DNA from: Bdellovibrionales bacterium RIFOXYD12_FULL_39_22
Lineage (GTDB): Bacteria; Bdellovibrionota; Bacteriovoracia; Bacteriovoracales; Bacteriovoracaceae
NCBI GenBank assembly: GCA_001770205.1
Contig: MEQL01000035.1
Span: forward strand, 1-64,000
Direction: 5' to 3'
Length of the DNA: 64,000 nucleotides
Numbering within the stretch: position 1 is the first letter of the stretch; the number at the start of each line of letters is the position of its first letter. Shown here in pieces: positions 48,301-58,005 of this stretch. The notes under the pieces were generated by a model that was not told where the DNA came from, did no database searches, and saw only the letters and a program-made list of their open reading frames with translations. The translations under genes were made by a program, and so were the position numbers.

Positions 48301-49026
48301 ATGAATTATGGCCCGCGAACGATGATGGTGCCACCATTATCAAAAATTAATAAAGTTATTATTATAGTTGTTGCGATTTTTTTTGTCATAAATAGTGTGT
48401 TGAAAAATTTCTCAATCTTTGTCTTAGAACAATATTTGGGGTTAAATATCAACTCTTTTTTGGAAGGCCATATATACCAGTTGTTAACTTATCCGATTAT
48501 TTCTCAAGAGGGCCTACTGGCCTTTGTTTTTAATTTGATGATTCTTTGGTTTATTGGCTCACCCTTAGAGAGCTCATGGGGAGTTAGACGCTATTTGGGT
48601 TTTATTTTCACCACGGTAATTGGTAGTGGCATGGTCTATTTGCTGCTGGCGTATGCTCTATTACCAAAAGGGTATTTGTTGGGTAGTGTTACCGATATTA
48701 TGGGGTTAACCAATGCGCTTTTAATTGCTTCGGCCATTATCAATCCTAATCAGCTTTTTTATTTTATGTTCTTTTTTCCTATGCCGGCCAAATATTTTTG
48801 CCTGCTTATTGTGGCCATTCAGCTATATATTGGCATTCTAACTGCCGGAGCGGTAACTGCCTGGGTTAGCTTGGCATCAATGTTTTTCGGGGTTTTTTAT
48901 ATGTGGTTAGTGGCCAATAAATTTTTTGGAATTGGAGAGAAAAGGAAGAGTAAAGCTGCCAAGGATAGAGCAAAATTACAGTTAGTGCGAGGTGAGCGTG
49001 ATAATAATCCTCGGTATTGGAACTGA
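48301..49026 (+). CDS. Rhomboid-superfamily membrane protein, probably catalytically inactive
   Basis: YQLLTYP, FNLMILWFIGSPLESSWG, FPMPAKY; lacks GxSG and the TM6 His. Confidence 0.78.
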   Translation: MNYGPRTMMVPPLSKINKVIIIVVAIFFVINSVLKNFSIFVLEQYLGLNINSFLEGHIYQLLTYPIISQEGLLAFVFNLMILWFIGSPLESSWGVRRYLGFIFTTVIGSGMVYLLLAYALLPKGYLLGSVTDIMGLTNALLIASAIINPNQLFYFMFFFPMPAKYFCLLIVAIQLYIGILTAGAVTAWVSLASMFFGVFYMWLVANKFFGIGEKRKSKAAKDRAKLQLVRGERDNNPRYWN

Positions 49027-49116
49027 TACTGGCAGTATGGCCTTGACCGTTTGTCTAAACAGTGATAATAATTTGCCTCTGATCAGATCTAATTTTGTCG
49101 AAAAGGGGAGTATTAC

Positions 49117-49299
49117 ATGAGATTGAACAAGGCCTTGGAAGATAAATTAATGGATGTTAGACTTCGCGATAAATTGATTGCAGATGGAAAGATCTCAAAG
49201 GCACAGGTGGAGCAATACATAAAGAGTCTTAAGGACTGTTCAGAAACAATGACCTATACAGACAAAGTCAAAAAAGATAGCAAGAAAGATCAAGAGTAG
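49117..49299 (+). CDS. Small conserved protein (DVRL...GKISK...Y.KSL.D)
   Basis: GGGGAG SD; motif recognised from small deltaproteobacterial/Bdellovibrionota proteins. Confidence 0.75.
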   Translation: MRLNKALEDKLMDVRLRDKLIADGKISKAQVEQYIKSLKDCSETMTYTDKVKKDSKKDQE

Positions 49300-49313
49300 T
49301 TTTTTTAGTTAAA

Positions 49314-49775
49314 TTATTGGATTACAAAATCAGTAAAGAGAATCTTCTTTATCAGGTTGATTTGCAGCTTGTTGTTAACCGTTCGTTTAATACGATCTTC
49401 TAAAAGGATTTTTCCAGAGATGGTGTTTAGCTCATCAGGTGCCATAGCACCTGCAGTTTTTATGATAGTATCGCGAATAAAGGCGGCATTTTTTTCAATA
49501 ATCGGAATAGTTTCAACCTTGAAGGGAACGAGTTGGGCGGTGAGGTCGAGATAGCGCAGTCTTTCGGGGGGAGAGTTTAAATTTATAACCAATTTTTTTA
49601 CTTGGAAGGTTTCAGTAACTACCACTTTGGCCGTATCGTTTTTCAATGCCTCTAACTCACTTTCATTAGAGGGAGTTGGCCGTTCATAGAAGGAGTTAAG
49701 ATAGATAAAAAATCCCAAAGTGGCCGCTGTTGCCGCCACACTAAGCATTCCTAAAATATTATTTAAACTAAACAT
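49314..49775 (-). CDS. fliL: Flagellar basal body-associated FliL family protein
   Basis: N-terminal TM, LVINL, RYL, IRDTII, ILFTDFVIQ. Confidence 0.88.
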   Translation of the reverse strand: MFSLNNILGMLSVAATAATLGFFIYLNSFYERPTPSNESELEALKNDTAKVVVTETFQVKKLVINLNSPPERLRYLDLTAQLVPFKVETIPIIEKNAAFIRDTIIKTAGAMAPDELNTISGKILLEDRIKRTVNNKLQINLIKKILFTDFVIQ

Positions 49776-49840
49776 AACCTTTGAATATTTTATCACTGTA
49801 TTGGCCCAGCAAGCAACGGCAAATTTAGTTGGCAATTAGA

Positions 49841-50689
49841 TTAACGGTAGGTAAGTTTTTCTCCATCGAAGGTAGGGGAGACAGAAAAGTTAAAGGTTTT
49901 CTTGGAGACTTTTTCTAGGTATTGGTGGTCGACCTCATGGTTCATATGGATTAATCTGGCCTGTGCGGGAGCAATGGCCTTAATAAAGGCAAAGCATTTA
50001 TCTACGTTTAGATGGGTTTTATGTGGACGAACTTGTAAACAGTCAATTATTACCAGATCAAGTTGCATGGCCTTTAGTTTTTTTATTATTTGAGGATGAA
50101 TGTCACTGCAATCGGGCAAATAGGCAAATTTGGAATGGATAATGGCCAAGCTTTCAGTATAAGCATGAGGAAGCAGACAAAATTTAAAACGATTCCCGGC
50201 AATAGTTTTTGACGAGAGATTTTGCTGCGAGGCCTCAATATTATTAAGCGATAAATTGGGGATTCCTCCTCCAACAATTGGACGAAGAGATGAGAAGATT
50301 TTTTCTGTTTGAAAAATATATGGAAAGCGATTTTTAATATCTTCGGCCGTATTTTGGGAAGTATAGATGGGGATTTTGTTTTTTTCTTGTGTGTAGCAAA
50401 ACTGCCTTAGATCATCTATTCCGTGAATATGGTCTGCGTGTGAGTGCGTGATAAAGACAGAATCAATTCTATCAAGTTTATATTTTATTGCCTGATAGCG
50501 TAAATCAGTGGTGGTGTCGATGAGGAATTTTACACCATTGTTGCTGGCGATAAAAAGACTAGTTCGTAATCTTTTATCTTTTTTGTTCCGCGAAGTGCAA
50601 ACTTTGCAGAGACAATTTATCATGGGAATGCCAGTGCTGGTTCCTGAACCTAAAACGAGAAGATGATTTTTTTTTGCTTGTGTGGACAT
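49841..50689 (-). CDS. MBL-fold metallohydrolase (PhnP-like)
   Basis: LGSGTSTGIP..C.C..C, RLRTS, THSHADHIHGIDDLR, HMNH. Confidence 0.9.
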   Translation of the reverse strand: MSTQAKKNHLLVLGSGTSTGIPMINCLCKVCTSRNKKDKRLRTSLFIASNNGVKFLIDTTTDLRYQAIKYKLDRIDSVFITHSHADHIHGIDDLRQFCYTQEKNKIPIYTSQNTAEDIKNRFPYIFQTEKIFSSLRPIVGGGIPNLSLNNIEASQQNLSSKTIAGNRFKFCLLPHAYTESLAIIHSKFAYLPDCSDIHPQIIKKLKAMQLDLVIIDCLQVRPHKTHLNVDKCFAFIKAIAPAQARLIHMNHEVDHQYLEKVSKKTFNFSVSPTFDGEKLTYR

Positions 50690-50764
50690 ATTATAATCAT
50701 TATCATTGTCGTTGTTCTTTAAATATTAATTAATATCACCATTTTATCATCTAGGCCGGTTCCA

Positions 50765-52174
50765 ATGCACCAAAAAACTATTTTGCCTCTGATTATCTTT
50801 TTTTATTTTTTTATCTCATCTTGCGCCAATGTGGCCGATTCTCCAAACCTTCCTATAAGTGACACTGCTTTAAATTCCTCCCCTTCGGTCTCGGGGGAGG
50901 TGAAAAAGGAGACAGCATTAAATCTTACAGCAAAAAAGGTTATTTTTAAAAATGGCCTGACGGTCTTATTGTATGAAAATCATCAACTACCAATTTGTGC
51001 TTATTATACTTTCTTTGAAGTGGGAGGACGACATGAGAAGGAAGGCATGTTTGGGGGAACTCATTTTCTTGAACACATGATGTTTAAGAAAAAAGATTTT
51101 GCCGTTACGATTGAAAGTAGTGGTGGCTCCACCAACGCCTATACCTCCAGTGATTTTACCGTATATCATCAGGAGATCCCAGTTTCTATTTTACCTCAAG
51201 TGATTAAAATGGAGGCAGACCGGATGAATAATCTAACTTTGATTCCGGATCAGTTTGAGTCGGAGCGAAATGTTATTTTAGATGAGAAGTTAAGAGATGA
51301 TGATCAACCAGAGACTAAGTTGTATCACAAGATGATGGAATTTGCCTTTAGAAATACCCCCTATGCCAATCCGGTCATCGGCACTATGGAAAGTATAAAA
51401 AATATTACGATTGATAGCATGCGGAAATATTTTAAAACCTATTATACTCCCAATAATGCAGTTTTGGTCATTGTGGGGGATATAGACACTGATAAAACTT
51501 TGGATTTAGTTCGTGCCAGTTATGAGAATATTGCTATCTCTCCCCAACTAAAAGAGATTAAAGAAGAGATGGAAAAAGATGAACTATATCAACATCAGTG
51601 GAGTGATAATCGAGAGGCACTGTTGGCCGGAAACTCGCCCACTCCGATGTTTAAATTAGTCTTTAAAGGAGAGCCTGTTGGAACAAGGAAGGGAATGGTT
51701 GGTGATTTATTGGCCGCTATTTTAGGTGATGGGCAGAGCTCTTATTTATATCAAAAGTATGTGGCCTCTAAAAAACCTCTTTTAGAAGGAGTGGGAGCAC
51801 ATAACTATACGCTGAGAAAAAATGGTATTTTCTACATTGATGGACAATTGTTAGATGGAGTCTCTCAAAAGGAGATTAAACGACAACTGTTGCGTGGAAT
51901 GAAGGAGATGTGTGATAGTGGAATTACAGAGAGAAGCGTGCAGAAGGCCAAAAATCAATACCTATTGAATTACTATGGAGCATTACAAACTAATGACGGA
52001 GTTGCTCATTTTTTAGGAAACTATGAGAGCTTTTTTGAAGATTATAATTATTTTAAAAAAGAGCTAGAGATTTATAACTCGATTGGATTAAGTGAGATAA
52101 AAGGCGAATGTTTTAATTTGTTAGCAAATGGGGAGAGTATTTTCCTATCGGTGTGGCAAAAAAACAAACAATAG
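50765..52174 (+). CDS. M16B zinc peptidase, catalytic subunit (lipoprotein)
   Basis: HFLEHMMF, NAYTS, YYTPNNA; lipobox ISSC. Confidence 0.92.
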   Translation: MHQKTILPLIIFFYFFISSCANVADSPNLPISDTALNSSPSVSGEVKKETALNLTAKKVIFKNGLTVLLYENHQLPICAYYTFFEVGGRHEKEGMFGGTHFLEHMMFKKKDFAVTIESSGGSTNAYTSSDFTVYHQEIPVSILPQVIKMEADRMNNLTLIPDQFESERNVILDEKLRDDDQPETKLYHKMMEFAFRNTPYANPVIGTMESIKNITIDSMRKYFKTYYTPNNAVLVIVGDIDTDKTLDLVRASYENIAISPQLKEIKEEMEKDELYQHQWSDNREALLAGNSPTPMFKLVFKGEPVGTRKGMVGDLLAAILGDGQSSYLYQKYVASKKPLLEGVGAHNYTLRKNGIFYIDGQLLDGVSQKEIKRQLLRGMKEMCDSGITERSVQKAKNQYLLNYYGALQTNDGVAHFLGNYESFFEDYNYFKKELEIYNSIGLSEIKGECFNLLANGESIFLSVWQKNKQ

Positions 52175-52203
52175 TTGAGCGTGTTTTTGGAAGGGGAAAG
52201 GTT

Positions 52204-53583
52204 ATGATGGGGAGAATTATTACATTGTGGAGTGTTCTTTTTTTTGCATGGGGAGCTTCCTGGGCACAGACAGAAGAGAGAATAAAAAGATTAGATTGGA
52301 ATGGAATAGAGGTTGTTTGGATTGAAGATAATCGTCTACCACTTTATAACGTAGTTTTTTATTTTGCAGATGGAGCGCTTAGCGATCAAGTGGAGGGGCG
52401 TGGCATGGTTCCGTCCACGGAGATGATGTTTTCTTTATTGGATAGAGGAACAAATAGCTACTCTTTCAAAGAGATCAGCGATAATTTGGAATTTTATGGA
52501 ACGAACTATCGCCCTTATGTAACTCATGAGTATTCGACCTATAGTTATTCAGGACTAATGAAAGATATTATCCCGGCCAGTAAGATGATTTGCCATCTGT
52601 TTAGAGATGCCACTTATCCGCGGGATGAAGTGGATAATGCGAAGCAGTTGGCCATTAGTGGAAAAAATAATATGGTGCGAGCACCAGATGCATTGGCGTC
52701 TCGAGTTTTTCGAGAACTATCGCTAAGTGGATCATCCTATAATTATCCGTTTGATGGCAAAATAAAGGATATAAAAAAGATAGATCGTGATGAATTACAA
52801 ACGAAACTTAAATATTTTAATCAGAAAGTATACAAAAAAATATATATAGCTGGCCCTTCAGATATTTTGCAAATAAAAAACATCATAAATGATGAATGTG
52901 GTTGGCAAGGAAGAGGCGGCCGGTTTATTCGAAGTGGGAACTACAGGCAAAGCAAAAGAGAAAAATCAGAATATTATTTTATTCCAGTAAAAGGAGCAAC
53001 GGCGGCCTATGTGCGAATAGGTTCACTTTTTGGGAAAGAAAATTTTTTTGAACTTGCCCCGCTGGAGTTGTCTTCGACCTTTTTAGGAGGAGGATTTACT
53101 TCTAAACTGATGCAGGAAATTAGAGTAAAACGAGGACTTTCTTACGGAATATCTGCTTTTGCCGCCCGTCAAAAAGATTATGGACGAGTAGGGATCGTTG
53201 TTTCGACGGACAATGCTAAAATACCAGAACTTTTTTCTTCACTTAAAGATGTTTTTGCAGAAGTTTTGCAAGGTAAATTTTCTGAGCGAGAGTTTAAGGC
53301 CGCGAGAGGGTATTTGATGGGTAGCTATGCTTTTCGTTTTGAACAAAGCAGTGCCTATATAAATCAATTGCTATATCTAGATCATATTGGCGCAGATGCG
53401 TCCTTAGTGTATCAGTTTCCAGCAATGACAAAAAAGACAACAAAAAAAGAGATGGTTGAAGTTTTAAAGAAGCTCTTTAGTTTAAATCAGCAGGTGATTG
53501 TTGTATTGGGTGATCCTTCATTGTCTACGATATTAAAACCGATTGGTGATTTTAAGGCCGTTGATTTTAATGATTTTTTATAG
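52204..53583 (+). CDS. M16B peptidase, non-catalytic partner subunit
   Basis: No HxxEH; LGGGFTSKLMQEIRVKRGLSY (R/Y pair). Confidence 0.9.
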   Translation: MMGRIITLWSVLFFAWGASWAQTEERIKRLDWNGIEVVWIEDNRLPLYNVVFYFADGALSDQVEGRGMVPSTEMMFSLLDRGTNSYSFKEISDNLEFYGTNYRPYVTHEYSTYSYSGLMKDIIPASKMICHLFRDATYPRDEVDNAKQLAISGKNNMVRAPDALASRVFRELSLSGSSYNYPFDGKIKDIKKIDRDELQTKLKYFNQKVYKKIYIAGPSDILQIKNIINDECGWQGRGGRFIRSGNYRQSKREKSEYYFIPVKGATAAYVRIGSLFGKENFFELAPLELSSTFLGGGFTSKLMQEIRVKRGLSYGISAFAARQKDYGRVGIVVSTDNAKIPELFSSLKDVFAEVLQGKFSEREFKAARGYLMGSYAFRFEQSSAYINQLLYLDHIGADASLVYQFPAMTKKTTKKEMVEVLKKLFSLNQQVIVVLGDPSLSTILKPIGDFKAVDFNDFL

Positions 53584-53938
53584 AGCTATTGGCATCTGTA
53601 GTATGTCCGGTAAAATTCACAGACGATCCTGGCATGATCAATAGATTTCGACATTGAATTTCTCCAGTAACTTGTGCGGAAGGATAGATAATTACTTTGC
53701 CGGAAGAGACAATAGTTCCTTCAAATTGCCCATAGATTTCTAGGTTATGGCAATTTATTTTTCCAATAAAGACCCCCAGACGCTCTATATACAGCGTCGC
53801 GCTACTGAGCATGAAAAGTTCTCCTTCCAAATGGGAGGCCAAATGGGTGGGGCCACTCATTTCAAAGGAACCGATTAGTTTAGAGTTTTTAGCAAAATAA
53901 GAGAAGTTTTGAGAGGCAAGGTTGATTATATCTTCCAT
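53567..53938 (-). CDS. Bactofilin (polymer-forming cytoskeletal protein)
   Basis: Beta-helix repeats: GKINCHNLEIYGQFEGTI..GKVIIYPSAQVTGEI...LLIMPGS..NF.G. Confidence 0.88.
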   Translation of the reverse strand: MEDIINLASQNFSYFAKNSKLIGSFEMSGPTHLASHLEGELFMLSSATLYIERLGVFIGKINCHNLEIYGQFEGTIVSSGKVIIYPSAQVTGEIQCRNLLIMPGSSVNFTGHTTDANSSIKNH

Positions 53939-53954
53939 ATATAGTTTTTTAAAC

Positions 53955-54680
53955 CTATAGGTTATGAGGAATATTTTTATCTAGTAGGATTTCTCCTAAT
54001 CTTGAATATATCAAAACTTTAATTATTAGAGATTTTGTTTCAGGAGCAAGTGGAAAAGAGGCGGTAACCGGCCGTAGTTTCTCCATGGCAAAGGGTTCTC
54101 CTTTATTGAATTTAATTTCAAAATTATCTGGTGAGATGATTTGAGGAGGGTAAAAGCTGATGCCACTATAGTCGCTAATAGCTAAAATAATAAAGCCAGA
54201 AAGCTTCCTTGCATCATCTGTTATATTGGCCAGCAGGAAGTTTAAACTTAGCTTGCCATTTTCGGCCACTACTTTTAGATCATTGATCGCACATAGTTTT
54301 TGATCAGGAGAGTAGCTATTTTGAGGAACAGCACTAAATAGCTGCATTGGAGTATAGTTCCCGGAACTAGGAGTAGCAGCAGTAGCAAATTTTTCTTCCA
54401 GCTGTGCGGCATCTTGCTTGAGCTCTTTAATCTGCTTGGTTAATTGCAAATTCTCTTTGGATAAAGATTCTACAAGTCTGGGGGTTTTTCGCTCTGAATA
54501 GATAGAGCTTCCTTTTATATAAACTAGTAGGAATAAAACACTGAGTATTGCCAATATGGAGATGGCCGGCATTATGACAAAAATAAAGCGCAGCAGTTTT
54601 TTGCTAATATTAAAATATTTCGGAGAGTTATTCTCTTCATATAGTAATAGCGATAGTTGATCAGCTTTTTTGATTTTCAT
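53955..54680 (-). CDS. Bitopic membrane protein with periplasmic coiled coil
   Basis: Short cytoplasmic beta-hairpin, TM helix, coiled coil, beta-rich C-terminal domain. Confidence 0.78.
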   Translation of the reverse strand: MKIKKADQLSLLLYEENNSPKYFNISKKLLRFIFVIMPAISILAILSVLFLLVYIKGSSIYSERKTPRLVESLSKENLQLTKQIKELKQDAAQLEEKFATAATPSSGNYTPMQLFSAVPQNSYSPDQKLCAINDLKVVAENGKLSLNFLLANITDDARKLSGFIILAISDYSGISFYPPQIISPDNFEIKFNKGEPFAMEKLRPVTASFPLAPETKSLIIKVLIYSRLGEILLDKNIPHNL

Positions 54681-55711
54681 TGGGTGGCAGTATCGGGATT
54701 AGTTCCGTCCTCTTTTTTAGAAAAAAAGCGAGAAGATGGAGTAAAGGCCATGGGGCCATTATCATCTGGTAATTTACTCCATATTTCCTTAACTATTTTC
54801 CAGTTAAATAGATCGTCTCGCTTTAGGTACAAAGTTTTTTTTCCGCTATCTTCTATGGTTGCCGATTTATATATTTGAGTGAAGTTAACAATGGAGTAGT
54901 TGGGCGCATTAAAAATAGCAACATCTTTTAGAGAAATTTCTGGCCTTCCGCTTGCCGAGAAAACGGCCCGCTTATATTCTCTAAATTGCTTGAAATTACC
55001 TCGATAGTCGTCAAAAAATTCTTCAGGGTGATAGCTAGAAATATATCCATCGAGATCTTCATTTTGCCACGAGGTTAACCAATTCTCTACTAGGCCTTCA
55101 ATTTCTGCTTTTTTTGCGCTCCAGCTGCTTTTTTCAAAATAACTAAAGTCGTGAGTTATGATTAAGTAGGTTTTGTTGAGCTCGATATGTTGTGATAGAT
55201 CGACCAGGTCTTTATTGGCCATTACAATGCATCCGCGAGAATCTAGGCCTTTTTCTATGCGTGTTTCATCGTTAGTCGAATGTATCCAAATCCCCCCTCC
55301 AGTTTTGTTTTGTCGACTATCCATTGGGTTGGGGTAGTTAAGTACAAAGGCGCCGCCGCCATATATTTTGCCGTTTTCTCCATATCTTTTTAAAAGCTCC
55401 TGATTAGGAATAAAATCAGTCAATTGATAAATCCCTTCTGGAGTTCGATGATCACCCATCAGTTTTTTGTCTCCGGCAATTTTACCAGTAGCGATTTGGT
55501 AGTTTTTAATTAATCTTGGAGCACCATTATTATTTTCAAAAAGGTATAATGAATGAGTCGACTTTTCTGCTACAAGAATATGGTGGGTATAAAATGGATC
55601 TAGTTGAAAAATTGATGCCGGAAGGAAGTCGCTTGATTGAGCAAGTTGAGTGGCATGTGAAGGCCAAAAAACAAAGGCCGAGAAAAAAAGAATGGTAATA
55701 TAGTTTTTCAG
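54677..55711 (-). CDS. L,D-transpeptidase/carboxypeptidase (YkuD) + NTF2-like domain (Csd6/Pgp2/Bd1075 type)
   Basis: GDHRTPEGIY, LNYPN, GGGIWIHS...SRGC; C-terminal W..SW...D.DGY.S.Y...F.Q.Y.S....D.GKKTLYL....WKIVKE. The CTG start is inferred. Confidence 0.88.
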   Translation of the reverse strand: MKNYITILFFSAFVFWPSHATQLAQSSDFLPASIFQLDPFYTHHILVAEKSTHSLYLFENNNGAPRLIKNYQIATGKIAGDKKLMGDHRTPEGIYQLTDFIPNQELLKRYGENGKIYGGGAFVLNYPNPMDSRQNKTGGGIWIHSTNDETRIEKGLDSRGCIVMANKDLVDLSQHIELNKTYLIITHDFSYFEKSSWSAKKAEIEGLVENWLTSWQNEDLDGYISSYHPEEFFDDYRGNFKQFREYKRAVFSASGRPEISLKDVAIFNAPNYSIVNFTQIYKSATIEDSGKKTLYLKRDDLFNWKIVKEIWSKLPDDNGPMAFTPSSRFFSKKEDGTNPDTATQ

Positions 55712-55901
55712 ATTAACTCCTAATTTCACTAACTGTAGTTGCCAAGAGCATTTACACAAATATAACCAATATAAATTCTAATACAAAACTAGTCTGATAA
55801 GCAAACAATATTAACAGCTAAACAGTTGCGAAAATTGGACATCTTTGCCTGCGCTATCGGCCAATAGAATCGTTTGATAGTATTATTATTAGGAGAACTA
55901 T

Positions 55902-56654
55902 TTGATGTTTATATTGGCCCTTACGCGCGATGAATTATTACAGAAACTATTTTCCTCTTTCAACAAAGAGGAGATAAAAATTTTGTTAGTAGAGACTACC
56001 AAAGCGGTGAAAGATAATTTGGCGGCAGCAGATATTCTCTTTTTAGATTTAGATTTTGATAGTGCAATTGTTTCGAAAGTAAGAGAGCAATGTGTCGGGC
56101 AAGGTAATTTGAAGACGATCACCTGTTCAGTTGATGCAAAAAATTGTGAATCATTTAGAAAAGAGCAGTGCAAAAATCCAATTTACGATGGCCATTTACA
56201 GAAGCCTCTAAACGCAGAAATTGTTCTTGGAGTGATTTCTGATTTTAAGCAGTCGCAAAATGCGGTGGCGTTGGCACGGAAGAGCAATGATGAGCGCGAT
56301 CTTAAGAGTGAATTTATTAATACTAATTCATTGAATTTTGATCTCGAGGCATCGGAGAAAACAAAAACGGCCACCTCCCCCAAAGGAGGTCCCGCCAAAA
56401 AAGTTAATGGCGAAGAAGATTTCGGAGCACTCTCACTAGGAGATGCCACTTTGTTTGGTATTGAAAAAAAAGTTGAGGAGCGATCGAAAGCTTCTTCTGT
56501 GACAAAAGAGGCCAGTGTAGTTAAAAAAATGCCAACACTGCCAGTAAAAAATAAAGTCGAGAAGGAAGATAAAAAAGATATGGGAATGGCCAAGGGAAAG
56601 GAAGATTTAAGTTTTGTAAATATGGATATTGATAATTTAAAGCTAGATAAGTAA
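55902..56654 (+). CDS. Degenerate receiver-like domain + Lys-rich disordered tail
   Basis: AADILFLDLD, HLQKPL; lacks the N-terminal acidic pair; AGGAG SD. Confidence 0.65.
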   Translation: MMFILALTRDELLQKLFSSFNKEEIKILLVETTKAVKDNLAAADILFLDLDFDSAIVSKVREQCVGQGNLKTITCSVDAKNCESFRKEQCKNPIYDGHLQKPLNAEIVLGVISDFKQSQNAVALARKSNDERDLKSEFINTNSLNFDLEASEKTKTATSPKGGPAKKVNGEEDFGALSLGDATLFGIEKKVEERSKASSVTKEASVVKKMPTLPVKNKVEKEDKKDMGMAKGKEDLSFVNMDIDNLKLDK

Positions 56655-56667
56655 GTGGAGATCGTTT

Positions 56668-58005
56668 ATGGATAAAAAAGATGAAGAACATACGTCGCAG
56701 ATTGAGGATTTAAACAAAGATGAGATGTTTGCAGATATCTCACTTGATTCAGAAGAAGAGGATGCGCCAACAGTGCAACTGGAGGATATAAAGACATCAG
56801 AGGCATTTGCGGATATCGAAATTGAGCAAGAAGAAGTTGTTTTAGATGATGATGAGGATGATCGTCCAACTGTGCTTTTAAATGATATTCAGACCCAGGG
56901 TAAGTTTTCAGATAAGGCAGATCTTGGCACTTCGCTTGCCGCAACAAAATCAGAGGATGATGATTATGAAGAAGATGATGAGGATGATCGTCCAACGGTT
57001 TTATTGGAAGATTTAAATATACAGGATGCCTTCGCTGATCTTTCAGTGGCAGAAGATGAACAGATTGCTCCAATAGCTACCAAAAAAGTAAAAGCACCTC
57101 ATTTACCAACGCCACCAGCTCCTGAAAAATTTACGGCCATTGAGGATAAACAAGCGGAGGATATTTTTTCAGAACTTCGCACCGATAGTAATGTGCCGCC
57201 AGCATCAGCTACTGTCCAGGCCACAACCTTAGATTCAGAAAAAGAGGTAGATAATATTTTTGATTTGCGGCCATCAGTCAAGGCCGCAGAGGAAACCACA
57301 GTCGAGAAAGTAGTGTCAATTGAGCCTTCTATTTTTGAGGGGGTTGTTGAAGAAAAAATTGCTTCGGTAAATGTAGATGAGAAGGAGTTGGAAGCGCCAG
57401 ATCAGTTGCGTGTGCAAACGACTATTCGTCAATTACGAGAAGAGCGCAATGGCCTGTATAAGGAAATTGCATCATTAAAGCAGCTCAAGGCACTTTTGGA
57501 TCAAGAAAATCTAGGATTGCGCTCAGAGCTTGATGAAACCAAAATTGAGCTATCATTTATAAAAAAGAGGGCCATGCAAGAGATTGATTCTGCCAAAAAT
57601 CAACTTAAGGTTTATGAAGATAGATTGTTATTATCTGAGGATAAAAATAAAAAATATAAGCAGGAATTAGAGAAAGTTGGCCAGCGTTTACGCGTAGATT
57701 ATAATCAAGTGAAGCATCGAGAGCAGGAGTTAGAAAATCAGCTAGAACTGATGAGATTAGATGCGCATGCACAGATAGAGGTTAGAGATAAAAAAATTTT
57801 AGAATTGCAGCGCAAAATTGATACGCTGGAATTTAATATGGAGAATATTATTATCCAGGACCAACGCTCTCGAGAAGAGAAAGCAAAAATGGAAGAAAGG
57901 TTAAATGGGATCATGCTTTCACTAAAAAGTTCGGTTTCTCAAATAGAAAATGAGGTTGATTTTACAAGTGGAATAAAAGCTCGTTCAGAAAAGAGGTTAC
58001 GGTGA
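56668..58005 (+). CDS. Acidic repeat + long coiled-coil protein
   Basis: Three D/E-rich PTVxL repeats, then about 190 aa of heptads. Confidence 0.85.
   Translation: MDKKDEEHTSQIEDLNKDEMFADISLDSEEEDAPTVQLEDIKTSEAFADIEIEQEEVVLDDDEDDRPTVLLNDIQTQGKFSDKADLGTSLAATKSEDDDYEEDDEDDRPTVLLEDLNIQDAFADLSVAEDEQIAPIATKKVKAPHLPTPPAPEKFTAIEDKQAEDIFSELRTDSNVPPASATVQATTLDSEKEVDNIFDLRPSVKAAEETTVEKVVSIEPSIFEGVVEEKIASVNVDEKELEAPDQLRVQTTIRQLREERNGLYKEIASLKQLKALLDQENLGLRSELDETKIELSFIKKRAMQEIDSAKNQLKVYEDRLLLSEDKNKKYKQELEKVGQRLRVDYNQVKHREQELENQLELMRLDAHAQIEVRDKKILELQRKIDTLEFNMENIIIQDQRSREEKAKMEERLNGIMLSLKSSVSQIENEVDFTSGIKARSEKRLR
56848..56996 (+). repeat. Intragenic direct repeat (23 nt exact, 126-nt period)
   Basis: GATGATGAGGATGATCGTCCAAC at 56848-56870 and 56974-56996, encoding DDEDDRPT. 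Confidence 0.85.

Noticed and set aside
56640..56670. Frameshift joining the 55902 and 56668 ORFs
   Set aside because: The downstream frame has a stop at 56644-46, there is no slippery run at the junction, and the second ORF has its own GGAG SD
56848..56996. 23-nt direct repeats as a CRISPR array
   Set aside because: Only two copies, an in-frame 126-nt period encoding a peptide repeat, and no cas genes
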